The notes: generated by a model not told the origin, from the sequence alone. A stretch of 64,000 nucleotides of DNA from an uncultured Robiginitomaculum sp. (GCA_938015875.1 CALLXE010000047.1:7101-71100); one strand, 5' to 3'; shown: positions 21,331-31,472, counted from the first letter of the stretch. Translations and numbers: made by a program.

Positions 21331-22281
21331 TTATGGGTAGGCTGCGGCAAAGGCTTCCTTAAACGCGCCCAAGGCATCAAACGGCAGAACGTTTATGCCG
21401 GCCGCTGCGCTGCGTCCGCCGCCGGTTTCAAACTTCAGGCAAAGCGTATCCGCCCCGGTGCGGTTTGATAAAGGCGCGCGTACAGAGACGACATAGCTGT
21501 CCTCTTTGCGGGTTAAAATCGCGTGGGCGCGGTTTGGAAAGTCTTGCGCCAATGCATTGCCGTAAACGCCGGAGACGCGGCGCGAACTTGCATTATCTTC
21601 AAGTTCTAAAATCAGACCGCTTTCGCTTTGTTCTACGACTTTTGCAGACTTTGCCGCAGTCATATCGCTTTCATACCCGGCCTCAAGCTTTTGGAATATT
21701 TCAGGTTTTTCAGTCAAAAACTCCATTGGCGTATCAAATTCACGTAAATGTTTGTAAAGCTCTGCAGGATCAAAGTGCAGATCAGCAACGCTTGCCCCGT
21801 ATCCGTTATAATTGATCAGGATGCCAAGCCGCTCCAGGGTTTCGAGCGGCAAATCCATGCCTTCAGCGCGGGCCTTAGCCAGCCTCGGAAAATTATCTCC
21901 AAAAGCCGCTGTAACGGCCCAGGCACGATAAGTCCCGCCCAATATGTCATCAACCAATATGGCCGTACACATTTCCGGGGACGTATCGATAACAGCATTC
22001 AGGTTATCATCATCCGGAATATCGCCGGCATTGTGGTGATCAACGTAAAACACTTCTGCGCCGGCCTTAAGGATACGGCGCAGATCATCGGCATTACTGC
22101 GCATAGAAATATCCAGCACAGTTACCGTATCGCCCTTGCCTGCCTCTACACGGTCAAGCAGAGCGATATCACGCTTACGGCCCGTTACAATAACGGCGTC
22201 ACTGTTTGGCGCGCTGCGGTGCAACTGCACCATAGCACAAATACCATCGGCGTCGCCGTTAAAGACCGTAAACCACGTCAT
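21331..22281 (-). CDS. DHH/DHHA1-family phosphoesterase
   Basis: NGDADG, LDIS, YVDHH, FGDN, VSVRAP, GGGRSAAAG; starts 3 nt after the cysNC stop. Confidence 0.85.
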   Translation of the reverse strand: MTWFTVFNGDADGICAMVQLHRSAPNSDAVIVTGRKRDIALLDRVEAGKGDTVTVLDISMRSNADDLRRILKAGAEVFYVDHHNAGDIPDDDNLNAVIDTSPEMCTAILVDDILGGTYRAWAVTAAFGDNFPRLAKARAEGMDLPLETLERLGILINYNGYGASVADLHFDPAELYKHLREFDTPMEFLTEKPEIFQKLEAGYESDMTAAKSAKVVEQSESGLILELEDNASSRRVSGVYGNALAQDFPNRAHAILTRKEDSYVVSVRAPLSNRTGADTLCLKFETGGGRSAAAGINVLPFDALGAFKEAFAAAYP

Positions 22282-22284
22282 GAC

Positions 22285-24192
22285 TTAAACGCCGCCCAAA
22301 TAGCCGTTTTCGCGCAAGTAAGCCACGATCTGTTCGGCGGCTTCCTCTGCACTCATTTCAACGGTGTTAATCGTCAGTTCTGAATTCAGCGGAGCTTGAT
22401 ATTCACTGTCGATACCGGTGAAGTTTTTAATCTCGCCGGCGCGCGCTTTGGCGTAAAGGCCTTTGACATCGCGTTTTTCAGCCACTTCAAGCGGCGTATC
22501 GACGTAAACTTCAATAAACTCGCCCTCATCCATCATAGAGCGCGCGATTTGGCGTTCTGCCCGGAATGGAGAGATAAACGATACGAGGGTCACCAGACCG
22601 GCGTCAGCCATCAGCTTTGCGGTCTCCGAGACCCTGCGGATGTTTTCAACACGGTCAGCATCCGTAAAGCCCAAATCTTTGTTCAGACCGTGGCGTACAT
22701 TGTCCCCGTCCAAAATATAAGTATGACGACCCAAGTCAAACAGGCGTTTTTCAACCAGATTGGCAATCGTAGACTTACCTGAGCCTGACAGACCGGTGAA
22801 CCAAAGCACGGCCGGCTTTTGATTCTTCATTTCGGCGCGTTCAGCCTTCGTGATGTTCAAATCTTGCCAAACGACGTTAGAGGCGCGGCGAAGGGAATAA
22901 TCCAGCATGCCGACACCGACTGTGGCATTCGTATGCCGGTCAATCAGGATAAAGCTGCCCGTCATGCGGTTGTCATTATACGCATCAAACGCAATCGGCG
23001 CGCCCAATGACAAAGTGACAACACCGACTTCGTTCAGTTCAAGCGTTTTACCCGCTTCTTCGGACAAATCGTTGACATTGACCTTGTGTTTCAGGTTCGT
23101 GACCGACGCAGGAACTGTTTTATTGGTCGTCTTCAAAAGATACTGACGCCCCGGGAACAGCTCCGCTTCGTCCATCCAAAGCATATGAGCTTGAAATTGA
23201 TCGGACTGCTCTGCCGGAAACTCTGCGGCGCAGATAATATCGCCGCGCGAAATATCAATTTCGGTATCGAGCGTGATCGTAACTGCCTGATCTTCACGGG
23301 CAGATTTCAGACTGCCGTCAAAAGTGACAATATCTTTGACCGTGCTGCGTTTGCCGGATGGCAAGACGATAATCTCGTCGCCCTGTTTGACAACGCCGGA
23401 CGCAATCGTGCCGGAGAAGCCGCGAAAATCCAGATCAGGACGGTTAACCCATTGAACCGGAAGGCGGAACGGATTGTCCAGCGTGCCGCTGTCCACATCA
23501 ACATCTTCAAGGAATTCCAAAAGCGCAGGGCCTTTGTACCACTTGGCGCGATCAGATTTGGTCGTGACATTATCGCCATCCAAAGCGGACATCGGAATAC
23601 ACATGATTTCTTCGAAACCAAGGTCTTTGGCAAAGTCGCGGAAATCAGTTTCTATATCAGCGAAAACGCGCTGATCGAAATCCATAATATCCATTTTATT
23701 GACCGCAACAACCACGTGCTTAATGCCCAAAAGCGAGGCAATGTAAGCGTGGCGGCGGGTTTGAACCTGCACGCCGTAACGGCTGTCGATCAACAGAATC
23801 GCGACATCCGCCGTAGACGCGCCTGTCGCCATATTTCGGGTGTATTGTTCATGGCCGGGGGTGTCTGCGACGATAAATTTACGCTTGTCCGTAGAGAAGA
23901 AGCGGTAGGCTACATCAATCGTAATGCCCTGCTCGCGTTCGGCCGCAAGACCGTCCACCAAAAGCGCCAGATCAATCTTGTCGCCTTGCGTGCCGGATTT
24001 AACACTGTCTTTTTCGATACTTGCAAGCTGATCTTCATAAATCAGTTTAGAGTCATAAAGCAGACGGCCAATCAGGGTCGACTTACCGTCATCCACAGAT
24101 CCGCAGGTAATAAAACGCAAAAAGCTTTTGTTTTCTTGGGCGTCAAGATAGCCAAGGATATCTTTCGCAATAAGGTCATCATGATGGCTCAT
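22285..24192 (-). CDS. cysNC: Bifunctional sulfate adenylyltransferase subunit 1 / APS kinase
   Basis: [36 protein letters not shown]; C-terminal [11 protein letters not shown]…[10 protein letters not shown]. Confidence 0.96.
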   Translation of the reverse strand: MSHHDDLIAKDILGYLDAQENKSFLRFITCGSVDDGKSTLIGRLLYDSKLIYEDQLASIEKDSVKSGTQGDKIDLALLVDGLAAEREQGITIDVAYRFFSTDKRKFIVADTPGHEQYTRNMATGASTADVAILLIDSRYGVQVQTRRHAYIASLLGIKHVVVAVNKMDIMDFDQRVFADIETDFRDFAKDLGFEEIMCIPMSALDGDNVTTKSDRAKWYKGPALLEFLEDVDVDSGTLDNPFRLPVQWVNRPDLDFRGFSGTIASGVVKQGDEIIVLPSGKRSTVKDIVTFDGSLKSAREDQAVTITLDTEIDISRGDIICAAEFPAEQSDQFQAHMLWMDEAELFPGRQYLLKTTNKTVPASVTNLKHKVNVNDLSEEAGKTLELNEVGVVTLSLGAPIAFDAYNDNRMTGSFILIDRHTNATVGVGMLDYSLRRASNVVWQDLNITKAERAEMKNQKPAVLWFTGLSGSGKSTIANLVEKRLFDLGRHTYILDGDNVRHGLNKDLGFTDADRVENIRRVSETAKLMADAGLVTLVSFISPFRAERQIARSMMDEGEFIEVYVDTPLEVAEKRDVKGLYAKARAGEIKNFTGIDSEYQAPLNSELTINTVEMSAEEAAEQIVAYLRENGYLGGV

Positions 24193-25295
24193 TAGAAGTA
24201 TCCCTCTTCTTTTTTCTGTTCCATGGAAGCGCCGGCATCAGAATCGATAACCCGACCCTGACGCTCTGACGTTGTCGCCAGCAGCATTTCCTGAATAACT
24301 TGCGGCAAAGTCGTCGCCTCGCTCTCTACGGCGCCGGTCAGCGGGTAACAGCCAAGGGTCCGGAACCGCACCATTTTTTCTTCAACCACATCATCCGCGC
24401 CGATTGGCATACGGTCATCGTCAACCATAATCAAAACGCCGTCTTTTTCGACAACAGGGCGCACAGCGGACAGATACAGATCCGGAATTTGGATTTTCTC
24501 TTTGTAAATATACTGCCAAATATCCAGTTCCGTCCAGTTGGACAGCGGGAAGACGCGCATGCTCTCGCCCTTATGGACGCGAGTATTGTAAATGTTCCAA
24601 AGCTCCGGGCGTTGGTTCTTTGCGTCCCAACGATGCTGTTCTGTGCGGAAGCTGAATATCCGCTCTTTCGCGCGGGACTTTTCCTCGTCCCGGCGCGCGC
24701 CACCAAAGGCCGCATCGAACTTATGCATGTCCAAAGCCTGCTTAAGACCCTGCGTTTTCATAATGTCCGTATGCACAGCAGAGCCGTGGGTGAACGGGCC
24801 GACACCATCGCGGATGCCGTCCGGGTTGGAATGAACAATCAAATCCATACCGACTTCTTTGGCGCGGCGATCACGAAATTCAATCATTTCCTTAAACTTC
24901 CACGTCGTATCAACGTGCATCAGCGGAAATGGCGGGCGGGACGGGTAAAATGCTTTTTCAGCCAAATGCAACATAACCGAGCTGTCTTTACCCACAGAGT
25001 AAAGCATGACCGGATTTTCGCTCATCGCTGCGACTTCGCGCATGATGTGAATGGCTTCGGCCTCAAGACGGTCCAAATGGGTCAGGTCGCGCGCCCCGAT
25101 GGTTGCCTCTGCCTCTAAGTCCGTCAGCTTGGCAATCGCCGCCGTCAGCGTTTTGAGCGTGGCTTGTCCACCCTCTTTGATACGGGAAAGGCCCTTACCG
25201 TCATTAAGTAACTTGCGCGAGATTGTTGACAGGCTTTGGCCTGTCTTCTCCGCCAGCGCTTCCGCGCGTTGAACCAGGTCGTTTAATTGCGTCAT
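24192..25295 (-). CDS. cysD: Sulfate adenylyltransferase subunit 2 with N-terminal Cro-like HTH extension
   Basis: [54 protein letters not shown]; about 68 extra N-terminal residues in frame from ATG 25295. Confidence 0.93.
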   Translation of the reverse strand: MTQLNDLVQRAEALAEKTGQSLSTISRKLLNDGKGLSRIKEGGQATLKTLTAAIAKLTDLEAEATIGARDLTHLDRLEAEAIHIMREVAAMSENPVMLYSVGKDSSVMLHLAEKAFYPSRPPFPLMHVDTTWKFKEMIEFRDRRAKEVGMDLIVHSNPDGIRDGVGPFTHGSAVHTDIMKTQGLKQALDMHKFDAAFGGARRDEEKSRAKERIFSFRTEQHRWDAKNQRPELWNIYNTRVHKGESMRVFPLSNWTELDIWQYIYKEKIQIPDLYLSAVRPVVEKDGVLIMVDDDRMPIGADDVVEEKMVRFRTLGCYPLTGAVESEATTLPQVIQEMLLATTSERQGRVIDSDAGASMEQKKEEGYF

Positions 25296-25407
25296 TGGGA
25301 ACCGTCCCACGATTGTTAAAGATACGAGTGCTATAGAGAACGATTTTTCATAAAACAAGAGCCAATCCGTGCCTTTACAGCGTTTAACCTGATAAAATCG
25401 TGGGACG
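25296..25407. promoter_or_regulatory. Operator-like palindrome and 12-bp inverted repeat upstream of cysD
   Basis: TGGGA-ACCG-TCCCA (25296-25309); CGTCCCACGATT (25303-25314) is the exact reverse complement of AATCGTGGGACG (25396-25407). Confidence 0.55.
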
Positions 25408-25500
25408 AACGCGAAGTTTCTCCCGGAATACATCTTATTTGACCATGAACACGATTTTAAGGCCTTTGGAGTATGTTGCTCGCACAACCCCGGAGACTTT

Positions 25501-25872
25501 ATGTTTTATATCGCCCTGCCCTTACTCGTCGGAATTATTATTGGCTTCTTTTCAGGCTATAACAAAAAGATTTTCGTGCTCTCGCTTTTAAGCGGTGTGG
25601 TCGGGATCATGTTATGGGTCAGCACATCTGTGGATCTCGGAGCGGCTGTCGCGTCCGCCAAAGCAAGCGGCCTCCTTGGCGCCGGCCTTGCGACCTATGA
25701 CCAAGCGGACCGCGTCACGCAACTCGCCGTCACCCTGCTGCCGGCCGGGTTTATAATCGGCATCGTGTTTGGCAAAATTTTCAGCGCACTGAGCGCCGGC
25801 GGAAAACACGAAGACAAAAGAACGCGCAAACTGCGTATATTAAGAGAACACGGTATGACGGAATTTCAATAG
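25501..25872 (+). CDS. Small hypothetical membrane protein
   Basis: GGAG RBS, about 3 hydrophobic segments, basic C-tail. Confidence 0.7.
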   Translation: MFYIALPLLVGIIIGFFSGYNKKIFVLSLLSGVVGIMLWVSTSVDLGAAVASAKASGLLGAGLATYDQADRVTQLAVTLLPAGFIIGIVFGKIFSALSAGGKHEDKRTRKLRILREHGMTEFQ

Positions 25873-25882
25873 GGCTGCCCCC

Positions 25883-26677
25883 TTAAGGCACCGGGTTTAA
25901 TGCCGCGAGACGGGCCGACCCGCTTTTTTTCCGCAATTCCCGCATGAAGACCTCAACTTCGCCTGACAGGTTTTCAACGGCGGCCAAACGCGCCTCTGCT
26001 TGCACTTTGCGGGTCTGTTTAGACGCGCCGAGGGCCGATGAGAGGCCTTTCTTTTCCGAAAACGCTGTCGCTGTCCCGTAAGGGTAGCCGTTGCGTACAT
26101 CAATCAACATCGCGGTCGCGGTGGTGTCTACTTCGACATTGCGGGACGGCAGAACAAACAGGCCCAATACGGTTAAGTTTCCGAGCCCAAGGGCATTTCC
26201 TTCATTATGGCTCACCTTCGAGACTTCGTAAATCAAAACGTGGTCCAAATGCTGCCGGGCACTGCCCGCACGAATATTGTTTACAAGCGCCCCGGGGCTC
26301 TTTGGGTCGGACGGGTCGTTCACCATAGATACGATTAAGGGCGATACCGGTATAAACTCGCCATAGCCACCGCCGAGTTTATCTTTAAGGGCGGCCCAAT
26401 CAGCCGCCTCATCGGCAGGTATGCTGACCAATACTCCGCGCTCTATACGTGCCAGACCGATGCGCGCCGGAAATTCAAGGGACGGCTCTACGGCGGCAAT
26501 CTCGCGGATGCGGGCGTCAATTCCCGTTCCGGAACCGGTGCCTGCGGCCGCATATGCCGGAGACGACGAATAGCGGCTCAGATAATCTTGACCGGATGTA
26601 TATTGTGATGTTGTCGAGCATGCGGCCAGAGCCAGCACAGACAAAGACGCGGTTAAAATACGGCGACGTAATAACAT
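25883..26677 (-). CDS. Lipoprotein, rhombotarget-lipoprotein-like
   Basis: Lipobox LAAC; LEFPARIGLA, LTVLGLFVLP, LIDVRNG pattern. Confidence 0.7.
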   Translation of the reverse strand: MLLRRRILTASLSVLALAACSTTSQYTSGQDYLSRYSSSPAYAAAGTGSGTGIDARIREIAAVEPSLEFPARIGLARIERGVLVSIPADEAADWAALKDKLGGGYGEFIPVSPLIVSMVNDPSDPKSPGALVNNIRAGSARQHLDHVLIYEVSKVSHNEGNALGLGNLTVLGLFVLPSRNVEVDTTATAMLIDVRNGYPYGTATAFSEKKGLSSALGASKQTRKVQAEARLAAVENLSGEVEVFMRELRKKSGSARLAALNPVP

Positions 26678-26827
26678 AAGTGTTCCCCTCAATTAAAAGG
26701 ACACTTTTGAAAACCATTAAGGCCAAAACCGGGCGCAATCAGGGTCATATTACGTCCCGGCGAAACAGAGGGGTTGTGCAGCTAAGAAGACCCGGACACC
26801 GGCCTTAGATATAGCCGAATGCAATCT

Positions 26828-26914
26828 TGGTGCGGGCGGCCGGAATCGAACCGGCACTCCTATACAGGAACAAGATTTTAAGTCTTGCGTGTCTACCAAT
26901 TCCACCACGCCCGC
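26828..26914 (-). tRNA. tRNA-Leu(TAA)
   Basis: GCGGGCGTGGTGGAATTGGTAGACACGCAAGACTTAAAATCTTG…GGTTCGATTCCGGCCGCCCGCACCA; long variable arm. Confidence 0.97.
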
Positions 26915-26991
26915 AGTCGATCAGTTCAGTCTTAATATGCACCGGCGCGATTTAATTCTACCCCTAAATGCATTGCAGGCCTAAAAAATAG

Positions 26992-27249
26992 TCAGAGCGG
27001 GCGCGCTTCGTCCGGGAGCATAATCGGAACGCCGCCGCGAATTGTATAAGCAAGCTTGGCCTTTCTCGATATCAGCTCATTGGCGGTACGGTCATAGGTC
27101 AAAGCCCCACCGGTCTTTGGGCACACCAGAAGTTCCAAAAGGCGCGGGTCAACGGCCTGAACATCCGGAGATATGGTGGTATCAACGGGTTTAGCGTTTT
27201 TTGTGGCTGCAGTTTTTTTGCGCTTTGGCGCTGTTTTCTTTTCGGTCAT
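26992..27249 (-). CDS. Trm112/YcaR-family protein
   Basis: [13 protein letters not shown]…[18 protein letters not shown]. Confidence 0.92.
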   Translation of the reverse strand: MTEKKTAPKRKKTAATKNAKPVDTTISPDVQAVDPRLLELLVCPKTGGALTYDRTANELISRKAKLAYTIRGGVPIMLPDEARPL

Positions 27250-27274
27250 AGCGCTGTTTAATCTGCCTTAGAGC

Positions 27275-28000
27275 CTATTGCAAATTTCCAGGCGGCGGCG
27301 ATTGGTCATCCCCGCGCCCCCCGGATGTTTTCGCGTACATGGTCATCAGGCCAACTAAAAGCCGGCGCCGTGCCGTATGGTCAGGCGCCTCTAAAAGGCT
27401 TTGTTTATCAAATGCGTCAAACGGGGATATCATCGACGCCTGATCGACCAAATTGTCCATCGGTACGGATTGCAGCGCATCCCAATCCACCTCTACGCCA
27501 ATGGCGCGGGCAAAACTTTTCATTGCCGACGTCATCTCGGCGCGGGCTTGGGCGTTCTCGCTCATGGCCTTTGGGAGGGTCGGCGCGATGTGCGCGTCGA
27601 TATCGTGCTCAAATGCGTCATAGCTGACCCGCGCGCGGCGATACGGCGTCACGCCGTCTGCATCACCCAATATCGTGAACCGTTTCAGGCCGGTCAGAAC
27701 AATCAGATACCGCCCGTCATCAGATTCAGAGAACTGCTTTATCCGGCCCAAACCGCCAATCGGCGCGAGCGGTTTCGTCCCGTCCTTGTGCGGCGCGTGA
27801 CGTGCCGGATCAACTGCGCTTTGGACCATACCGATCAAGCGGTCGCCTTTCAGGCTATCTTCGATCATGTTGAGATATCGCGGCTCGAAAATATTGAGCG
27901 GCAACTCACAACCGGGAAGCAATATGGTCCCGCCAAGCGGAAACACAGGAATCACGTCCGGAGACAAACGGCGGGCAAGGGTTCTTAAATGTGCACTCAT
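27275..28000 (-). CDS. Lon N-terminal substrate-binding domain protein
   Basis: IPVFPL…LPLNIFEPRYLNM, DGRYLIVLTG, DKQSLLEA. Confidence 0.92.
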   Translation of the reverse strand: MSAHLRTLARRLSPDVIPVFPLGGTILLPGCELPLNIFEPRYLNMIEDSLKGDRLIGMVQSAVDPARHAPHKDGTKPLAPIGGLGRIKQFSESDDGRYLIVLTGLKRFTILGDADGVTPYRRARVSYDAFEHDIDAHIAPTLPKAMSENAQARAEMTSAMKSFARAIGVEVDWDALQSVPMDNLVDQASMISPFDAFDKQSLLEAPDHTARRRLLVGLMTMYAKTSGGRGDDQSPPPGNLQ

Positions 28001-28032
28001 GATTTACCTACGCGCCGTGCGCGCTTTCGGGT

Positions 28033-28917
28033 TTATGCAAACAAGATGGAGGACAAACGAGATCGGCCGGATTTCGCCAAATCAGACGCGCTGCCCTCGG
28101 CTTCAAATATCGTCAGCAGGAATTTACGCGCGGCCTGATCATCATATTCACGGTCTTTGGCAATCGTGTAAAGAAGATGATCGATCGCCTGCGCGTTATC
28201 GCCGGACGCTGCGAGCGCTTTGGCAAGCGTTAAACGCGCGTCCAAATCATCAGGTTTAAGCGTCACGGCTTGCGTCAAGTGAGACAGCTCACCGTCATCT
28301 TCAGGAGCGCCCGCCGTCAGTTCAATGGCCGTGCGCGCGGAGGCCACATCCGGATCATCCGCCATTTCCGGCGGCGCGCTGTCAAGCAAGGCTATGGCTT
28401 GATCCGTAGCGCCGCCTTCATGGTAGAGCCGGGCCAGCGCCGCAAGGGCTTTGCCGTGATGGGGGTTCATTTGAAGCGCGCTCGCAAGATCCTGCGCTGC
28501 GCCGCCAATGTCGCCCGCTTCCATGCTGTCCAGTGCCCGATCAAACAAAGCTTCACTCTCGGCGACAATGTCCGTCGCGCCGGTCAGCTTACCGACAAAC
28601 TTTTTCAACTCTGATTCAGGCTGTCCGCCCATAAAACCATCTACGGGCTGTCCGCCTTTAAACGCGAACACGGCCGGGATCGAGCGAACACCAAGTTGTC
28701 CGGCGACGCCGGGGTTTTCGTCAATATTGATTTTCACCATTTTAACTTTTCCGCCCTCGGCCGCAATCACCTTTTCCAGCGCGGGCATTAATTGGCGGCA
28801 AGGCCCGCACCACGGCGCCCAAAAGTCAACCACCACCGGCAGATCATTAGACGCCTCAATAACGTCAACTGCAAAGGTCGCATCCGTGGAATCGGTGATG
28901 TAATCTGTGTCGGCCAT
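28033..28917 (-). CDS. cnoX: Chaperedoxin CnoX/YbbN (thioredoxin + TPR)
   Basis: DFWAPWCGPC, TPR C-domain ending RSRLSSILF; start at MADTD. Confidence 0.9.
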   Translation of the reverse strand: MADTDYITDSTDATFAVDVIEASNDLPVVVDFWAPWCGPCRQLMPALEKVIAAEGGKVKMVKINIDENPGVAGQLGVRSIPAVFAFKGGQPVDGFMGGQPESELKKFVGKLTGATDIVAESEALFDRALDSMEAGDIGGAAQDLASALQMNPHHGKALAALARLYHEGGATDQAIALLDSAPPEMADDPDVASARTAIELTAGAPEDDGELSHLTQAVTLKPDDLDARLTLAKALAASGDNAQAIDHLLYTIAKDREYDDQAARKFLLTIFEAEGSASDLAKSGRSRLSSILFA

Positions 28918-28951
28918 GAAGGGCTCCGTAAGGCTGTTTTTATCAGGGGTA

Positions 28952-28980
28952 ATGTGGGGACGGAGGGACGCAGCGTCAAG
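28952..28980 (-). promoter_or_regulatory. Putative RpoH (sigma32) promoter of the cnoX operon
   Basis: Minus strand CTTGAC-N15-CCCCACAT. Confidence 0.65.
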
Positions 28981-29084
28981 CGGCGGCGGTGAGGGAAATG
29001 CGGGTAACACTCACTTCATTCAGGAGGAAAACCGTTGGCTCCATATTAAACCTGAACTCCATCAGAGCGATGACATAATTAAAT

Positions 29085-29117
29085 AAGGCGGGGACAGATT
29101 ACCTGACCCCGCCTTTT
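29085..29117. terminator. Terminator hairpin downstream of the islet operon
   Basis: AAGGCGGGG…CCCCGCCTTTT. Confidence 0.65.
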
Positions 29118-29170
29118 CGACCTACGGACGAAATCGTGTTTTTTTAACGCGATTAAATCAATAATTTCAT

Positions 29171-29728
29171 TTAAATTGAGGCCCTTCCGCCACCATTACC
29201 CGATGACCCTTCGGGATCAAAGAAATATAGCTGCGTGTGGGGAACGCCGGATTCCGACGTAAGTTCCACAGACAGATAACCCGATATTTGCCACTGACCA
29301 TGCTTCGTTTCAACCGGCAAGCCCCGTATGCTGCGCTTAAACATTCGGCAAATGTTATTCGCTTCGTCTTGGGGACTCGTTGCATCTTCAAGCGGCCCCC
29401 ACTCTTCAAGGCCTGAACACGCGCTTGTCTTATCGAACATAGACAAATGCTGTGTCATGCGTGCAGCGATGGATACAAAGGTACAATCTTTCACATCAAA
29501 GCTTTTCAACACATCTTTTGATGATGTGCCACGCCCTGATGCATCTGCTGCCGATGTCGCCATAACTTCGACGATAATTTCATCGCCTTGCTGAAAGTTG
29601 AACGTCCCGGCGAGCGGGCCACCGTCTTCCATAGGATAGTTAGTCTTATCCCTCAGAAGAAATTCATATGCCAAAGATTGAGTAACTTGTCGTAAATCAA
29701 AACTGAGTTTAAGTGTATATTGAGCCAA
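29171..29728 (-). CDS. Hypothetical protein coupled to the wHTH-TPR regulator
   Basis: AAGGAGG RBS before TTG 29728; beta-rich pattern; C-terminal YFFDPEGSSGNG; no signal peptide. Confidence 0.75.
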   Translation of the reverse strand: MAQYTLKLSFDLRQVTQSLAYEFLLRDKTNYPMEDGGPLAGTFNFQQGDEIIVEVMATSAADASGRGTSSKDVLKSFDVKDCTFVSIAARMTQHLSMFDKTSACSGLEEWGPLEDATSPQDEANNICRMFKRSIRGLPVETKHGQWQISGYLSVELTSESGVPHTQLYFFDPEGSSGNGGGRASI

Positions 29729-29738
29729 TTGACCCTCC

Positions 29739-31472
29739 TTAATCATTTTTCGGTTTTGCGAGCAGCCTGTGATAATCCGAGTCTTGTCGTAAACGCGCCA
29801 ACTCAGGATCATTTAAAATTTCGATCATAGGATAACCTGACGTAATGGCCGCATCTAAATGTTTGAGGGCCTTCTCACGTTCAGACATGATTTCACATGT
29901 CACCACAGCACGGTAAAGCTGTATTGGCGGCGAGTCAGCTGTAAGGTCAAAACTATTCATGTAAAACTTAGCTTTATCCAGATTCCCTAATTTCGCGTTA
30001 AACATGGCCGCGCGGCTTTTCAGATTTACGTCATCCGGATAGCGGTCTAAATCCACTTGCAATAATTGCAGGGCGCGGCGGTATGCGGTTGGCGCCTCAG
30101 CGGATTTACTTTGGCTCCACCGATAGGCATCAGCCAGATTGGCCCAGTAAATATAATCATGTGTATCGCCGCTGAACTCCAGCGTCTTTTCAAAGGCGGA
30201 CGAAGCCATGTCATACTGTCCCTGAAAAAACAGATAGGTCCCCAAATTACTATACAGCAAAGCTGTTTCGTTGACCTTCAAGCCCTGCTGAACAACATCA
30301 ACAGCCTCCTCCGTTCTATTTTGCAAGTACAAGCTATAGGATAGTTGAGCATATATTCTCGGACTGTCCGGTGACAGAGAAATGGCTTTTCGAAAGTCTT
30401 TTTCAGCGGACGCAAACGCTCCCTTCACATTGAAGTAATCCCCGCGATACGTATAAAACAAAGCGTGCTGCGGATAAGCCGCAATGGCTCTGTCAATAAC
30501 TTCTTCGGCTTTTTCTTGCTGTCCTTGCTTAAGAAACAATCGATGACGCCCCTCCAGAGCAAACATATTATCAGAATCCAGAATTTCGGCTCGATCCAAA
30601 TATTCATGAGCCCGGTCGAATTTTCCCTCAAATTCGGCAGCCCAAGCAGCAGCAATATTGGCTACGGCTAAATGCTCGTCACCGCGATGGGCCGCCTCTG
30701 CATGAGCCTTAGCCCTTTGCAGCAAAGCCGGGTCACGTTCCAAATGCGTGTATTCGCGAAACAAAGCAAAAGCCAGGCCGGCCCGTGCAGAAGCATGCCC
30801 GGGATTCTTTGATAAAATATCACTAAAAATTTCTTGCGCCTCTTGAATAGCCCCGGTCGCGGTGAAGTTTTCAACATGGGAAAAACCACGCTCCATTCCC
30901 GCCTGAATAGACAAAGTCGGGACGCTGCGAATACTGAGTAATGCAAAAAAACCAATAGCTATGCAGATCGCTATCAACGCCGGTACAGCAGCAAGGTTTT
31001 TAGGTGAGAGACCTTGCATTTTGCCTCCCTCACGCGCCATGGATACAACTGCCGGAATGTGAGCATGGGCTGACACAAGATTTTCAGATTGTCCTTGTGT
31101 CTCAGGTGTCGAGACGTTTGAGGGCTTAGAAGGCTCTGTCGTCTCAACGATATCTTCGCCGGCAAGGTCATCTTCACTGACATCAGCAATCAAGCGATAA
31201 CCTACACGGGAAATCGTGACAATATGTGTATGGCTTCCCCGTGTATCGCCAAGCGCTTTGCGCAGGATCGAAATTCCCCGCGATAAACGTTCATCCCCCC
31301 CATATTCCACGCCCCATACGGCTGTGATAATATCTTCACGCGTCATAACCTGACCGGCGTTATCAACAAGCACAGCCAAAAGCTTCATGATTTTAGGCTC
31401 CATCGAATGAGAGCCTGCCGGCCCATCAATCAGAAGCGCTTTAAAGTCAATCTTGGCATTTCCAATTCTCAT
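29739..31472 (-). CDS. ToxR/CadC-like winged-helix - TM - TPR one-component regulator
   Basis: EPKIMKLLAVLV…TREDIITAVWG…LSRGISILRKALGD…IVTISRVGYRL; one TM helix; TPR array ending in a DPELARLRQD cap; start at MRIGN. Confidence 0.9.
   Translation of the reverse strand: MRIGNAKIDFKALLIDGPAGSHSMEPKIMKLLAVLVDNAGQVMTREDIITAVWGVEYGGDERLSRGISILRKALGDTRGSHTHIVTISRVGYRLIADVSEDDLAGEDIVETTEPSKPSNVSTPETQGQSENLVSAHAHIPAVVSMAREGGKMQGLSPKNLAAVPALIAICIAIGFFALLSIRSVPTLSIQAGMERGFSHVENFTATGAIQEAQEIFSDILSKNPGHASARAGLAFALFREYTHLERDPALLQRAKAHAEAAHRGDEHLAVANIAAAWAAEFEGKFDRAHEYLDRAEILDSDNMFALEGRHRLFLKQGQQEKAEEVIDRAIAAYPQHALFYTYRGDYFNVKGAFASAEKDFRKAISLSPDSPRIYAQLSYSLYLQNRTEEAVDVVQQGLKVNETALLYSNLGTYLFFQGQYDMASSAFEKTLEFSGDTHDYIYWANLADAYRWSQSKSAEAPTAYRRALQLLQVDLDRYPDDVNLKSRAAMFNAKLGNLDKAKFYMNSFDLTADSPPIQLYRAVVTCEIMSEREKALKHLDAAITSGYPMIEILNDPELARLRQDSDYHRLLAKPKND

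Noticed and set aside
23086-25118. Long + strand ORFs (369 aa and 272 aa) opposite cysNC/cysD
   Set aside because: Antisense shadows of well-conserved genes; no motifs. The same applies to most short ORFs overlapping genes in the track.
25296-25487. Further 64-aa N-terminal extension of the cysD ORF (MCEQHTP…)
   Set aside because: Non-protein-like composition across an AT-rich divergent promoter region; ATG 25295 preferred.
26700-26828. Integrated element at tRNA-Leu
   Set aside because: No integrase and no duplicated tRNA 3' end noticed; kept only as a weak possibility.
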